Shown one piece after another: positions 19,185 through 29,914 of a stretch of 64,000 nucleotides of DNA; position 1 is the stretch's first letter; every line of letters starts with the position of its first letter. The notes under the pieces were generated by a model, which was not told where the DNA came from, made no database searches, and saw only the letters and a list, made by a program, of their open reading frames with translations. The translations under genes and the position numbers were made by a program. Source of the DNA: Limnochordia bacterium (GTDB lineage Bacteria > Bacillota > Limnochordia > DUMW01); contig JALNWK010000001.1 in NCBI GenBank assembly GCA_023230925.1, forward strand, positions 34,781 through 98,780. Direction: 5' to 3'.

Positions 19185-20180
19185 TTGTTGGAATCCGGTG
19201 TCGATGCAGAACGGGAACTAATGCTGGACTTTGTAAGAGTTACCGAGGCTGCTGCCCTAAGAGCTGCTTACTTTATGGGAAAGGGAACAGCTCAGGCAGC
19301 GGGTAAGGCGGCGGCCGATGGTATGATCGGCATGCTGGAACTAGTCAATATTGATGGTGTTATTCGGAATCCCTCTGGCAAACCAGAATTTGGAGTGCTT
19401 CTAGACTACGGTAACCGAGTGGGGAAAGGCGATGGACCCAAGTTTGATGTGGTGCTTACCCCCATCGAAGGTAGTAAATTAGTAGCGTTAGGACTACCAA
19501 ACGCCCTATCGATTTTTGTAGCTGCCCGACAGGGCAGCTTTTGCATCATTCCCACCCGGTACGTTTTGAAATTGGCAGTAGGACCAAATGCAGCAGGACA
19601 CATTGATCTTTCCTTACCAATTAGAGATAATCTGCGGGTTATTGCGCGGGTTCTGCGACGCAAGTTAAAACACTTAACTGTTGCTATGCTTGATCGTCCT
19701 CGGAATGAGAGTCTCATCAAAGAGGTTCAACAGACTGGAGTTAGGATCAAATTGATTTCAGACGGAGATGTGGCCGCAGGGTTAGCTGCGGCCCTTGAGA
19801 ATACAGGTGTTGACGTTCTTTATGGTATCGGTGGGGCGATGGAGGCAGTGGTGACTGCTGCGGCTTTAAGATGTTTGGATGGGGAGATCCAAGTGCAACC
19901 CTGGCCCGCCTCCGATGAAGAGCAGCAGATGTTGGGAATCGGGCTCCATCGTATTTATACTACAGAGGAATTAGCCTGTGGAGAGGATATGGTCTTCTGT
20001 ACCACAGGAATTACCGATGGGGATATTCTGCATGGAGTTCGGTATTTCGGGGCGAAGGCAGTAACGCATTCGATGATGATGCGAGCCAAGACAGGGACCC
20101 TGCGTATCATTGAAACGAGCCATAACCTTAAGAAGAAAACACTTAGGTCTCAAAGAACAGGCAGGGAAATACCCCTCTAG
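19185..20180 (+). CDS. glpX: Class II fructose-1,6-bisphosphatase.
   Basis: GlpX-family N-terminus (EL..DFVRVTEAAALRAA...GKG...AAADG). TTG start with AAGGGG placed 8 nt upstream. Confidence 0.85.
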   Translation: MLESGVDAERELMLDFVRVTEAAALRAAYFMGKGTAQAAGKAAADGMIGMLELVNIDGVIRNPSGKPEFGVLLDYGNRVGKGDGPKFDVVLTPIEGSKLVALGLPNALSIFVAARQGSFCIIPTRYVLKLAVGPNAAGHIDLSLPIRDNLRVIARVLRRKLKHLTVAMLDRPRNESLIKEVQQTGVRIKLISDGDVAAGLAAALENTGVDVLYGIGGAMEAVVTAAALRCLDGEIQVQPWPASDEEQQMLGIGLHRIYTTEELACGEDMVFCTTGITDGDILHGVRYFGAKAVTHSMMMRAKTGTLRIIETSHNLKKKTLRSQRTGREIPL

Positions 20181-20607
20181 CACGAACTATAAGAACATGA
20201 TGGGATGAAGACGGAATCGAAGGAGCTATTGTCGTAGATAATCTGTGTGAGGGACCGAGAAGACTGCTGTGGCTAGTCCTTGACTTTTTCTACTCCTGTG
20301 ATTCAGTTAATTAGCATTAAACAGCAATATTGTGTTTGGATTTGCACTGATGAGGAGAGTAGCTCTGATTGTTTTCATCGGGAGAGGAACAGGTGGTCAA
20401 GAAGCGCTGCAGATGCAAAGGGTAACTGGGAGTTTTCGAATACACACGTTGGCAGAAAGCAATCTGCAGATAAATTGGTAGATATACCTAAGGCCCCAAA
20501 CACAGTCTCTAGGGGGCAATCGGTATTAGACCTATGAGGATATGAGAAGGGAGCGAGGCTAGAAAAGTGCCGCAATCCGGGTAAGTGGTACGATTCTGCC
20601 GCAACAT

Positions 20608-23600
20608 ATGGGGTTTGAAGTTAAGGATTTCGCTGTTCCACCTAAGGACTTCCGACCAGTACCCTTTTGGTCGTGGAATGATGAATTAACCGAAGAAGAG
20701 CTGATTAGGCAGATTGCTTTGATGGATGAGCAAGGGTGGGGTGGTTTCTTCATGCATTCCCGCATTGGGATTCGTACCCCCTATCTCACAGACGAATGGA
20801 TGCATTTAGTCAAGGTATGTGTTGAAGAAGCAAAGAACCGAGGTATGGGCGCTTGGTTATATGATGAGGATCGCTGGCCTAGTGGTTTTGCCGGGGGTGC
20901 AGTACCGGCACTAGGTAAGCGTTATCGAATGAAGAATCTGGTTTTGGCTATAGATGAGATCACTGATCCAGAGGATCTAGTAGAGATTTATCAGGTATAC
21001 AGCTGTACCATGAAAAACGGTAAACCTCGTGCCATTCAAAAGATCCACCTGGAAGAGACCGCAGAAGCCAAGGAAGAGGGGCGTACAGTCCTTTATATTT
21101 ATCAGCGGACCTGCCCCATTGGCCATCGATGGTTCAACGGGTATTGCTATCCGGACTTACTGGATCCAGTGGTTACCGATGCCTTTTTGGAGTCTACATA
21201 TGAATTATACAAGGATTACCTAGAGGCAGACTTTGGCAAAACGATTCCCGGCGTGTTTACCGACGAACCAGCTTGTCACTATCGTTCCCACGCACCACTG
21301 CTTAGTTATCAGTGGACGCCGTCATTTCCACAATGGTTCAAGGAGAAGTACGGCTATGAGATCAAGGAACATTTTCTCTCACTGTTTTTTGACCTAGGCG
21401 AATATGAAAAAGTCCGCTACGATTTTTGGAAACTGCTTGCCGAATGTTTTGTGGAGAACTTCTCAAAAAGGGTCTACCAGTGGTGTGAGGATCATCAGCT
21501 AAAATTGACAGGCCATTACATGTGTGAAGACAACTTCGTCAGCCAGATGCAATGGATCTGTAGTGCGATGCCCCATTATGAGTACATGCACATTCCTGGG
21601 ATTGACCATTTGGCCAGAAATATTAACGATGATATTACTGCGAAGCAGTGCAGCAGCGTGGCTAATCAGCTGGGCCGGCAACGGGTGCTATCTGAAATGT
21701 TTGGGGTTAGCGGGCAGAACATGTCCTTTGAGGATATGAAATGGATTGCCGATTGGCATTTTGTCCATGGAATTAACCTGGTAAACCCCCATTTGTCTCT
21801 TTACAGTACCAGGGGCTGTCGTAAACGGGATTACCCACCGAACATCTTCATCCAGCAGCCTTACTGGTCCGACATTAAGGGGTTATCGGACTATTTGTCC
21901 CGCACGGCTTATGTTCTATCATGTGGAAGCCGGGTTACCGATGTGTTAGTGCTACATCCGATTGAGACGGGTTGGGTGACCTTTACCCCTGACAAGCAGC
22001 GGGTTACGAAGGAATACAATAGGAAATTCACAGCTATCATCGAGGAACTACTGCGAAACCAGATTGATTATGATCTGGGGGATGAGTCGCTAATCGAAAA
22101 GTACGGCGAAGTGTCCAATGGGGAGTTTCACGTAGGTGAGCAGTCCTATGGTGTGGTGGTGGTACCGCCAATGATTACGCTACGTTCATCCACATTGAAA
22201 CTGTTGACCAGGTTTGTCCAAGCAGGTGGTGATGTTCTCTTTGTGGGAGAAGTGCCGACAATGATTGATGGACGGAAATCGGAATTGCTGGTGGACCAAG
22301 AGTATACTGCTATGGATGAATTGATTCCTGTGTTATGCAGGCACTTGGATCTACGGGTTCAGATTGAAGCTCCGGAAGAACTACGCCGGGCTGTTTGGTA
22401 CCATCAACGCCGCTTGGAAAACGGTGATGAAGTGTACTTTTTGGCAAACACAAGTAAGGAGTCCTCCGGCCATGCTACGGTGAAAATACCCTTGTGCAAC
22501 GCTGCAGGAAGGCACTTGTTTCGGTTGAATAGTGAGTCCGGGGAGCTATACCAGCTGGACCATCAGGTTCAGTCGGACCAGATTAGGGTTAGTTGGCATT
22601 TTGCCCAAGCAGGCTCGTTACTCATACTATTGACGGACAAACCTGAGCGCTATGGCTTTGTCTCTCAGACGGCCATGCCAGACTTCTCTCCGGGTAAAGT
22701 AAAAAGACTGCCTGTAGATTGGAAGTTTGAGCGTCTTGACCCCAATGCACTATGCCTTGATATGTGTCAATACAAAGTCGCTGAAGGTGCTTGGAGTGAG
22801 CCCATGTTTGTTTTGTTTGCCCTTGAGGAATTGTACAAACTGGGGAAAAGGCAACAGGAGTTTAGATTTGCCATTCGTCAAGTTTTCCATGTGAAGCACC
22901 TTCCCTCTCATGTGGCTTTAGCCATGGAGATGCCTGTTGACTATAAGGTTTATCTTAATGGACGAAGGATCCTCTCCAATGATGACGGTTACTGGTTAGA
23001 TCCTACCTTGCGAAAGAAAGACATCACGCCTCTAGTGACCACAGGTGAGAATGTGCTCGAGTATTATGGGACCTACAGGGATCTCGAAGGGCTAAATGAA
23101 TTGTACTTCGGTGGGCATTCCGGTTTCATTGATAAGCCCATAAATCCCGCACAGCCATCCAAACTCCGTTCCACGGAGATAGATGCAACCTTTGTCATTG
23201 GTGATTTTGCCCTGGAGGAAAAGGATGGACGGTTTGTGATTGTTCAGGAACCGCGAACGCTGAACACCATGGATTTTACAAGCCAAGGTTATCCTTTCTA
23301 TGCTGGCAAGATGGTGTTAAGCACTATTGTGGAACTTTCGGAATGTCCTAATGCTGCACGACTTGTGTTCGATCAACTCTGTGCAACTGTGGCTGAGGTC
23401 TTGGTTAACGGACAGAATGTAGGGAAGATACTATGGCGTCCTTATATGGTCGATCTTGATCAGGTATTACGGCAAGGTCACAACAGAATTGAAGTTGTTC
23501 TTACAAACAATCTGCGCAATCTATTCGGTCCTCATCATCATACCGGAGTAGAACTAAAAGTGGTTGGTCCTGGTACCTTTGTTGATAAAGAATACTGGAC

Positions 23601-23658
23601 CGATGAGTATAAGCTTACGCCAGTGGGGCTTGGACAGGTTTGTTTAGAGCTAGAATGA
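20608..23658 (+). CDS. Large glycoside-hydrolase-like protein. The family cannot be assigned by eye; a GH106-like rhamnosidase is a tentative guess.
   Basis: 1016 aa. The N-terminal RPVPFWSWNDELTEEEL motif and overall size resemble large exo-glycosidases. I did not recognise a catalytic signature. Confidence 0.55.
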   Translation: MGFEVKDFAVPPKDFRPVPFWSWNDELTEEELIRQIALMDEQGWGGFFMHSRIGIRTPYLTDEWMHLVKVCVEEAKNRGMGAWLYDEDRWPSGFAGGAVPALGKRYRMKNLVLAIDEITDPEDLVEIYQVYSCTMKNGKPRAIQKIHLEETAEAKEEGRTVLYIYQRTCPIGHRWFNGYCYPDLLDPVVTDAFLESTYELYKDYLEADFGKTIPGVFTDEPACHYRSHAPLLSYQWTPSFPQWFKEKYGYEIKEHFLSLFFDLGEYEKVRYDFWKLLAECFVENFSKRVYQWCEDHQLKLTGHYMCEDNFVSQMQWICSAMPHYEYMHIPGIDHLARNINDDITAKQCSSVANQLGRQRVLSEMFGVSGQNMSFEDMKWIADWHFVHGINLVNPHLSLYSTRGCRKRDYPPNIFIQQPYWSDIKGLSDYLSRTAYVLSCGSRVTDVLVLHPIETGWVTFTPDKQRVTKEYNRKFTAIIEELLRNQIDYDLGDESLIEKYGEVSNGEFHVGEQSYGVVVVPPMITLRSSTLKLLTRFVQAGGDVLFVGEVPTMIDGRKSELLVDQEYTAMDELIPVLCRHLDLRVQIEAPEELRRAVWYHQRRLENGDEVYFLANTSKESSGHATVKIPLCNAAGRHLFRLNSESGELYQLDHQVQSDQIRVSWHFAQAGSLLILLTDKPERYGFVSQTAMPDFSPGKVKRLPVDWKFERLDPNALCLDMCQYKVAEGAWSEPMFVLFALEELYKLGKRQQEFRFAIRQVFHVKHLPSHVALAMEMPVDYKVYLNGRRILSNDDGYWLDPTLRKKDITPLVTTGENVLEYYGTYRDLEGLNELYFGGHSGFIDKPINPAQPSKLRSTEIDATFVIGDFALEEKDGRFVIVQEPRTLNTMDFTSQGYPFYAGKMVLSTIVELSECPNAARLVFDQLCATVAEVLVNGQNVGKILWRPYMVDLDQVLRQGHNRIEVVLTNNLRNLFGPHHHTGVELKVVGPGTFVDKEYWTDEYKLTPVGLGQVCLELE

Positions 23659-23662
23659 GAGC

Positions 23663-24244
23663 TTGATGTTGAGTCTAGGAGGGATAGATGTGTTTGGGGA
23701 TACCCCGGGAGTAGCGAATACAAGAGCTACTTTGTCCGTCGCCTATGAAGAAGCCAATGAGCGTGGAATAGAGCATCTTGTTGTAGCTTCTAATGAAGGC
23801 AATACCATACTTCAGTTGGTATCTGAGTTTGATACCGCGCATCTAACGATTGTGGGAGTAACGCATCAGGTGGGTTTCCGCGAGCCTGGATTGGACGAGA
23901 TGCCAAAGGAGATACGACAGCAACTAGGAGACAAGGGTGTTAAGCTCCTGACAACAACCCATCTGCTTGCTGGCATAGATCGAAGCCTAAGGCATGGTTT
24001 CGGTGGCATTTATCCCCCAGAGATTATCGCAAATACTCTGCGGATGTTTGGGCAGGGTGTGAAGGTATGTGTGGAGATTAGTATGATGGCCCTTGATGCT
24101 GGTCTTATTCCCTACGGTGAAGACGTAATCGCTATTGCAGGCAAGAGTAGGGGAGCGGATACAGCCTGTATTATTCGACCTGGCCATTCAACTGCTGTCT
24201 TTGAGACGAGGATTATGGAAATTTTATGTAGACCTCGACCATGA
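23663..24244 (+). CDS. Pyruvate-kinase alpha/beta-domain-like protein of uncharacterised family.
   Basis: 193 aa with HLVVASNEGNT...VGVTHQVGF...LLTTTHLLAG...GQGVKVCVEISMMALDAG. This pattern is typical of the small stand-alone PK_C-like proteins. Confidence 0.6.
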   Translation: MMLSLGGIDVFGDTPGVANTRATLSVAYEEANERGIEHLVVASNEGNTILQLVSEFDTAHLTIVGVTHQVGFREPGLDEMPKEIRQQLGDKGVKLLTTTHLLAGIDRSLRHGFGGIYPPEIIANTLRMFGQGVKVCVEISMMALDAGLIPYGEDVIAIAGKSRGADTACIIRPGHSTAVFETRIMEILCRPRP

Positions 24245-24640
24245 TTGACGTGGCTTTTAGGAGATTTCAGAGGGCAAACAGAGTCTGACGGGGGAAATGG
24301 ATCCAGAATCCCTTTCCACAAAGGATTCATAATCTATGTGGGGCGCAATAGGTTTGTTGGATGAACGCTGTATATCCTAAAACCTGCGATGCTCCTCTGA
24401 GGGGCAATGGAAAAACCTGTGGGCATTGCATTTTTTGAGGAAGAAGGAAGGATTTAATATGTGACACGACGAATAACACAAAGAAACCTATAAAGGATTA
24501 CGTGTCATACCGGATCGGTCAAGGTTTTCATGAGTGGTATTTCATTTTGATGCCACTTTCAATAGTGATTACTTAGGCCTCCTTATTTGCGCGGGCAATG
24601 AATCACTTTGCCAGATAAGAAAATGAAGAGGTGTAAAAGG

Positions 24641-26659
24641 ATGAGAAAGGTAGCTTATGTATTAACAACGTTGCTCATTACGATTGCCTGTTTGACTTCG
24701 ATAGGAGCGGCGTTCCAGGTTGGCTACGTCTTGGACCCAGAAACCAATAGACGTGTTCCATCTCCTTTGGGTTATGTGTACGAAAGGGAGATACGCGATG
24801 TCGGCCTTGACAATCCCCTGGACTTATTCATTGACCCGGACGACAATATATACGTCGTTGATACATGGAATAACAGGATTGTTAAACTAGATCCTGCGGG
24901 CAACATCCTCCACACCTATGGTGACAGAAGAGGTGAAGGCGCCCTAAACAGACCGGAGGGTGTCCACGTCGATTCGGAGAGCAACGTGTGGGTCGCTGAT
25001 ACACAAAACTCCCGAGTCGTGAGGTTTAATCCTGAAGGCGAAGTTACTTTAGTTCTGGAGCAGCCAAAGCACGAAATTCTTGGAGACGATTTCCAGTATC
25101 GTCCTACAAAGTTGACAGTGGATAACCGAGATCACGTCTACGTTATTAACAGTAATGACTATCGTGGTATCGTCGATCTTGACCTTCAAGGTAATTTCGT
25201 CGAGTTCTTTGCACATAACCCGGTTGGTTGGAGCCTAAGACGTCTTATGATCCGGTTGTTTGCTACCGAGGCTCAGAAAGAAAGATTTGCACGAGATCTG
25301 CCACCACCTCATTCCAACATCTTTTTGCGGGACGATGGATTCTTCTATACTACTACCATTTATGAAACCAGAAACCAGATTAAGCGTTTGAGTCCCGTGG
25401 GAGTAAACGTGCATCCTGAAGGATTCTACGGGGAAAGGATCCGGCAGGGATGGCAATGGGTTATGCCCCGCTTTATTGATTTAACTGTAAACCAGTATGG
25501 AGTCATATCTGCACTAGATTCCTCATCGAGTAAAGTCTATCAATATGACCAGGAAGGTAACCTGCTCCTCGTTTTTGGTGGTAAGGGTGAGGGGAAAGGT
25601 TATGTGAGCCACGCAGCAAGCATTGATGTTGATTCAAATGGACTTCTATATATTCTTGATAAGGACCGCGCTCGCATTCAAATCTTCAGGCCTACTGAGT
25701 TTGCGAACCTTGTTCATGCTGCCACTCAGTTGTATATGGATGGTCGTTATGATGAGGCCGCTGTTCCATGGAGTCAAGTTATCGAGCTTAATAGTAACTA
25801 CACTATGGGCTATGTTGGTATGGGTAAGGTTTACCATCGAAAAGAAGATTACGATATGGCTATGAAGTACTATGAACTTGGAAATGATAAAGCTGGCTAT
25901 AGTAAGTCTTTCTCGGAAAAAAGGCTCATCACCTTACGGCAGAATTTTGGAACGCTGATTCTTAGTGTAATCGGAATCATCGTTCTCATCGTGGTTATTG
26001 TTAAGCTGATACGGCGGGTCCTTGAGAAGCCTGATGAAGAGACCGGGCCGTTTGGTCGAGCCGTTAAGCTGATTTACCTCTGCCTGTTCCATCCAGGTGA
26101 AGGCTTCCTGAGAGCCAAAGAGGAGGTCAGCCTACTATCAAGTTTTATTCTCCTATTCCTGTTCTTAGCAGCAAGGTTTATTACCCTGAAGTTTACTCAC
26201 TTTCCGCTCCAATCAGTGGATCCTGCTAAGGTACATGAGCTTGTAGAAGTGGGTAGAATGCTCCTTCCCTTTGGATTATGGGTCTTTGCCAATTGGAGCG
26301 TAACTGCCATTGCCGGTAGTGAAGCCAATCTGCGGGACATATTCGTTGGTTCATCAATCTGCGTTGTCCCTTATATTATTGTGGTGCCACTTCTGACTCT
26401 TTTCAGCCACGTTTGCTGTGCTCATGAAGCAGGGCTTTACGCTAGCATCCTTTCGATAATGAACTTTGCACAGATCTTCATGTTCCTATCTATGGTAAGG
26501 GTAATGCATAACTATAACTGGAAACGGACCATCGGGATCTCGATCCTGTCTATAATTTGCATGGCATTTTTTGTAGGCGGTGCAGCCTTGGTTTATGGAC
26601 TAATCAACCAGATGGTGGATTTCGTTAAGGAGGTCATCATTGAGATCTCGATCAGATAA
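24641..26659 (+). CDS. Membrane protein carrying an NHL-repeat beta-propeller, TPR repeats and a C-terminal multi-TM Yip1-like domain.
   Basis: Signal/anchor MRKVAYVLTTLLITIACL. Repeated NHL blades (DxxDNIYVVDTWNNRIVKLD, VADTQNSRVVRF, and others). TPR-like YMDGRYDEA...MAMKYYELG. About six predicted TM helices follow between residues roughly 440 and 680. Start moved to ATG 24641. Confidence 0.65.
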   Translation: MRKVAYVLTTLLITIACLTSIGAAFQVGYVLDPETNRRVPSPLGYVYEREIRDVGLDNPLDLFIDPDDNIYVVDTWNNRIVKLDPAGNILHTYGDRRGEGALNRPEGVHVDSESNVWVADTQNSRVVRFNPEGEVTLVLEQPKHEILGDDFQYRPTKLTVDNRDHVYVINSNDYRGIVDLDLQGNFVEFFAHNPVGWSLRRLMIRLFATEAQKERFARDLPPPHSNIFLRDDGFFYTTTIYETRNQIKRLSPVGVNVHPEGFYGERIRQGWQWVMPRFIDLTVNQYGVISALDSSSSKVYQYDQEGNLLLVFGGKGEGKGYVSHAASIDVDSNGLLYILDKDRARIQIFRPTEFANLVHAATQLYMDGRYDEAAVPWSQVIELNSNYTMGYVGMGKVYHRKEDYDMAMKYYELGNDKAGYSKSFSEKRLITLRQNFGTLILSVIGIIVLIVVIVKLIRRVLEKPDEETGPFGRAVKLIYLCLFHPGEGFLRAKEEVSLLSSFILLFLFLAARFITLKFTHFPLQSVDPAKVHELVEVGRMLLPFGLWVFANWSVTAIAGSEANLRDIFVGSSICVVPYIIVVPLLTLFSHVCCAHEAGLYASILSIMNFAQIFMFLSMVRVMHNYNWKRTIGISILSIICMAFFVGGAALVYGLINQMVDFVKEVIIEISIR

Positions 26660-26720
26660 ACAGATGTTCGCGAAGTCTAGGTTCTTTACCGAATTGTTCT
26701 GGTTGAAGGAGGTTAATAGC

Positions 26721-28880
26721 GTGAGGAAAGACAACCTGATTTTGATAGTGTTAACCTGTATGGTCATGATTGGCGTTATAAGCAGTGTTGCAGCTGCAGC
26801 GAGACCCGAGGCGATTCCGCCGGAATATGTCCGGGCAGCTTCTAGTAGGTATCTTGAGTTATATGTCGATATGGATACCGCTAAGTTCATTGTCTACGAT
26901 AGGCGAAACGATAAGGTCTGGCGTACGTCTCCCGAGCCTCACCCGGATATATCAGTAACTGATCTATGGGAAGGACATATTAACTCCAACTTTGTTCTGC
27001 ACTATGTAGACGAGAAGAAGCGGAACCCTCGTCAGACAAACCCGGTCAGCGAGAAAGCCATCATTGATTTTGAGCAGATTCCTAATGGTGTTCGGGTTAG
27101 TTACAATATGAAGGCTAAGTTAGGGATTGCCCTAGCCTTAGATTTCACTCTTGGCGATGATTACCTTGAAGTGACGTTTCCTCCGGAGACTCTTCAAGAA
27201 ACAGGTGAGTTCTACCTGGTAGCGCTGGAAGTTACTCCTTTCTTTGGAGCAGCATGGCCCGATGAGGAGGGTTATCTCTTTATTCCTGATGGTAGCGGAG
27301 CCATAGCTCACTTCCGGGAGGACTTTCCGGATTACTCCAGGGGATTCAACGAGGTAATCTATGGCGAAGATAAGTTTAAATTTCAAACACCCCTTGAGGC
27401 CCTGTTAACCCACCGGAGTCAGGTTGTTATGCCTGTATTTGGGTTAGCAAAAACTGATAAACAGGCGGCTTATCTTGGTGTTGTAACCAAGGGCGAATAC
27501 AACGCATCGATACTAGCAGGGCCAGCAGGATACACTGTCTCTTTGAATCGGATTGGTGCAAGTTTCGCGGTTAGGCGGCAGTACGAGGCTGCGATTCGTC
27601 TGGGGACCTATGTGCCAACGGTCGAGGAGCAAATCATTGATCGTCCCATGCAAGTTAGATACTATTTACTAGCTAATGATGACGCCAACTATGTTGGTAT
27701 GGCCACCGCTTATCGAGAGCACTTGATTGAAGAGCACAATATTCAACCAAGGGATGAGGTGCGCAAGCCGTCTCTGCAGCTTAGGATCTTTGGGGGTCTA
27801 AGCAGAACTGAGGTCCTGTTCAGGGAATTTATCGCTATGACTACCTTTGAACAGACGAAGACCATTGTCACCGCTTTGCAGGAGGCAGGCGTTGACAATA
27901 TTGATGTAGTGTTCTTGGGCTGGAACCTGTACGGATATAACGGTGCGTATCCGAAACGATTGCCCGTAGCAAAGGAACTTGGAGGAAGCGAAGGCTTAAC
28001 AGACCTGGCCAACTTCCTTTCTGAACGGGGATGCAGGCTATTTCTCGAGGACAACTATCTTGATGCCGATAGCGATAACGGGGGATTTAGCAACCGCAGA
28101 GACATTGTTCGGGAACCGAATAAGTTGCCGATGAACCTTGGGGGCCGGTACCTACTAAATCCAATCTATGCCTGGGATCGGTACGCCAAACCCGATCTAA
28201 CCACCCTTAGTACGCTGGGTGTGCATGGTATTCAGTTTAGATATCTTGGAAAAGTGATTCTTACCGATCGCAATTTCGATCATCCATTAACACGGCAAGA
28301 GTTCGTCAGCCAATGGCTCAAGTTGAGTGACTATGCCCGTGAAAAGATGGGCGCTGCAATTGCCGATGGCGGCAATATCTATGCGATTAATAACGTAGAC
28401 GCCTTTACAGACGTGCCGATATATCAAAGCACGTACGATTTTGTTGATAAATCGATTCCGTTTTATCAGATTGTGCTCCATGGCTTTGTACCATACAGTG
28501 CTTATCCAGGGAATTTGAGGAGCGATCCGGAACTAGAGTTTTTACGGATGCTTGAGTATGGTGCACTACCTTGCTTCGAGTTGACGTACCAAGAGCCTGG
28601 GTTGCTACAAGATACACCGTACAATCTGCTATTTAGCTCATACTACGAGCAGTGGCTTCCCAAAGTTGTCGAGGAGTACAATATTGTTGTCAAAGAGCTT
28701 GGTGAGATAGCAGGTCAGTATATCGTTGGCCATGAGTATGTACTACCAAATGTAGTGCGGGTGACCTATGAAAGCGGCACTTCGTTGTTGATTAACTACA
28801 ATGCCGATGCTGTGGAATGGCAGGGTATTATCGTGGATGGAATGGGCTATGCCATCGTCGAGGGGGGCAGCGAGCTATGA
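26721..28880 (+). CDS. Large N-terminally anchored extracellular protein of unknown function. It may correspond to a DUF5696-like family, but this is recalled from memory only.
   Basis: GTG start with GAAGGAGG 7 nt upstream. N-terminal TM helix LILIVLTCMVMIGVISSVAAAA. The remaining roughly 700 residues are soluble, with no catalytic motif I recognise. Its stop overlaps the next gene as ATGA. Confidence 0.55.
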   Translation: MRKDNLILIVLTCMVMIGVISSVAAAARPEAIPPEYVRAASSRYLELYVDMDTAKFIVYDRRNDKVWRTSPEPHPDISVTDLWEGHINSNFVLHYVDEKKRNPRQTNPVSEKAIIDFEQIPNGVRVSYNMKAKLGIALALDFTLGDDYLEVTFPPETLQETGEFYLVALEVTPFFGAAWPDEEGYLFIPDGSGAIAHFREDFPDYSRGFNEVIYGEDKFKFQTPLEALLTHRSQVVMPVFGLAKTDKQAAYLGVVTKGEYNASILAGPAGYTVSLNRIGASFAVRRQYEAAIRLGTYVPTVEEQIIDRPMQVRYYLLANDDANYVGMATAYREHLIEEHNIQPRDEVRKPSLQLRIFGGLSRTEVLFREFIAMTTFEQTKTIVTALQEAGVDNIDVVFLGWNLYGYNGAYPKRLPVAKELGGSEGLTDLANFLSERGCRLFLEDNYLDADSDNGGFSNRRDIVREPNKLPMNLGGRYLLNPIYAWDRYAKPDLTTLSTLGVHGIQFRYLGKVILTDRNFDHPLTRQEFVSQWLKLSDYAREKMGAAIADGGNIYAINNVDAFTDVPIYQSTYDFVDKSIPFYQIVLHGFVPYSAYPGNLRSDPELEFLRMLEYGALPCFELTYQEPGLLQDTPYNLLFSSYYEQWLPKVVEEYNIVVKELGEIAGQYIVGHEYVLPNVVRVTYESGTSLLINYNADAVEWQGIIVDGMGYAIVEGGSEL

Positions 28881-29884
28881 AGAAGGTGCTTAGGAAGATT
28901 GGGGAGTTCCTCGGTATGATTGTAACGGCGATTACGGAGTACTTTGAAGACGTAGTCGCTATAGGTACGGCGGGATTCAAGAAGGTGCCGGGGTTACGTA
29001 ATATTAGCCACTTGTCATTAAGTGCAAAACGTTGTCTAGTGGGCTATATCTTTATACTCCCATGGTTCTTTGGGTTTGTTCGTTATGTGGGATATCCCCT
29101 AATACGATCGTTCATTATTAGTTTCCAAACCGTAGAGAGCCTGTTAGGCTTTAAGATGAAGTGGGTCGGGTTGCAGAATTATGCCGAGGCCTTTTTCGTG
29201 GACGAACGGTTTGTCCCCATGCTATTGGAGGAGATTAGAGATACAGTCCTCGATGTGCCCGTGATTCTTGTGTTTTCGATTTTCGTATCGTACCTGGTAT
29301 GTAAGCCAATTCGTTTCGTGGGTGTTTTCCGGGCGATCTTCTTCTTGCCTGTCGTAGTTGCCTCAGGATTAGTCGTTAAGCAGCTATTTGACCAGGGCGT
29401 TGGTTCAACGATAGGAGTATCTGCCTTTATCGGAAACTTGGGTGTCGCGGATATGGTGTTTACCTACTTTGGAGCCAATGCGGCCACGTACTTCTTAGAC
29501 CTGTTAAACCGAATGACGTTGGTACTGTGGCGTTCTGGAGTCCAGATTCTTTTATTTATTGCGGGGTTCCAAAGCATTGGTTCTAGTTACTATGAGGCAG
29601 CTAGAGTTGACGGTGCCAATGAATGGGAAATGTTTTGGAAAATTAGCCTTCCCATGGTGTCACCGATTATTCTGGTTAACATCATCTATTCTATAGTGGA
29701 TTCCTTTACAGATGTCTTCAACCAGATGATTGACTTTATTAAGAACATCGCCTTTACCGGGCAGTTTCGATTGGGTCTGGCGGCAGCCTTTGGATGGGTT
29801 TATTTTGTGGTCATTTTCTTGCTTATCTTAATCGTACTTGCCAGCTCAAGGAAGTGGGTATTTTACGGTGGAGAACGGGATTAA
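28877..29884 (+). CDS. Carbohydrate ABC transporter permease, MalF/UgpA/LplB-like.
   Basis: EAA loop EAARVDGANEWEMFWKISLPM and six TM helices. ATG overlaps the upstream stop. Confidence 0.85.
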   Translation: MKKVLRKIGEFLGMIVTAITEYFEDVVAIGTAGFKKVPGLRNISHLSLSAKRCLVGYIFILPWFFGFVRYVGYPLIRSFIISFQTVESLLGFKMKWVGLQNYAEAFFVDERFVPMLLEEIRDTVLDVPVILVFSIFVSYLVCKPIRFVGVFRAIFFLPVVVASGLVVKQLFDQGVGSTIGVSAFIGNLGVADMVFTYFGANAATYFLDLLNRMTLVLWRSGVQILLFIAGFQSIGSSYYEAARVDGANEWEMFWKISLPMVSPIILVNIIYSIVDSFTDVFNQMIDFIKNIAFTGQFRLGLAAAFGWVYFVVIFLLILIVLASSRKWVFYGGERD

Positions 29885-29914
29885 GAGTTGGAGAAAGATT
29901 GGGAGGAGACAGGT

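Noticed and set aside
20280-20537. 85-aa plus-strand ORF in the glpX / glycoside hydrolase intergenic region.
   Set aside because: No RBS, and its codon composition is unlike neighbouring genes. It overlaps an antisense 66-aa frame and is probably non-coding leader.
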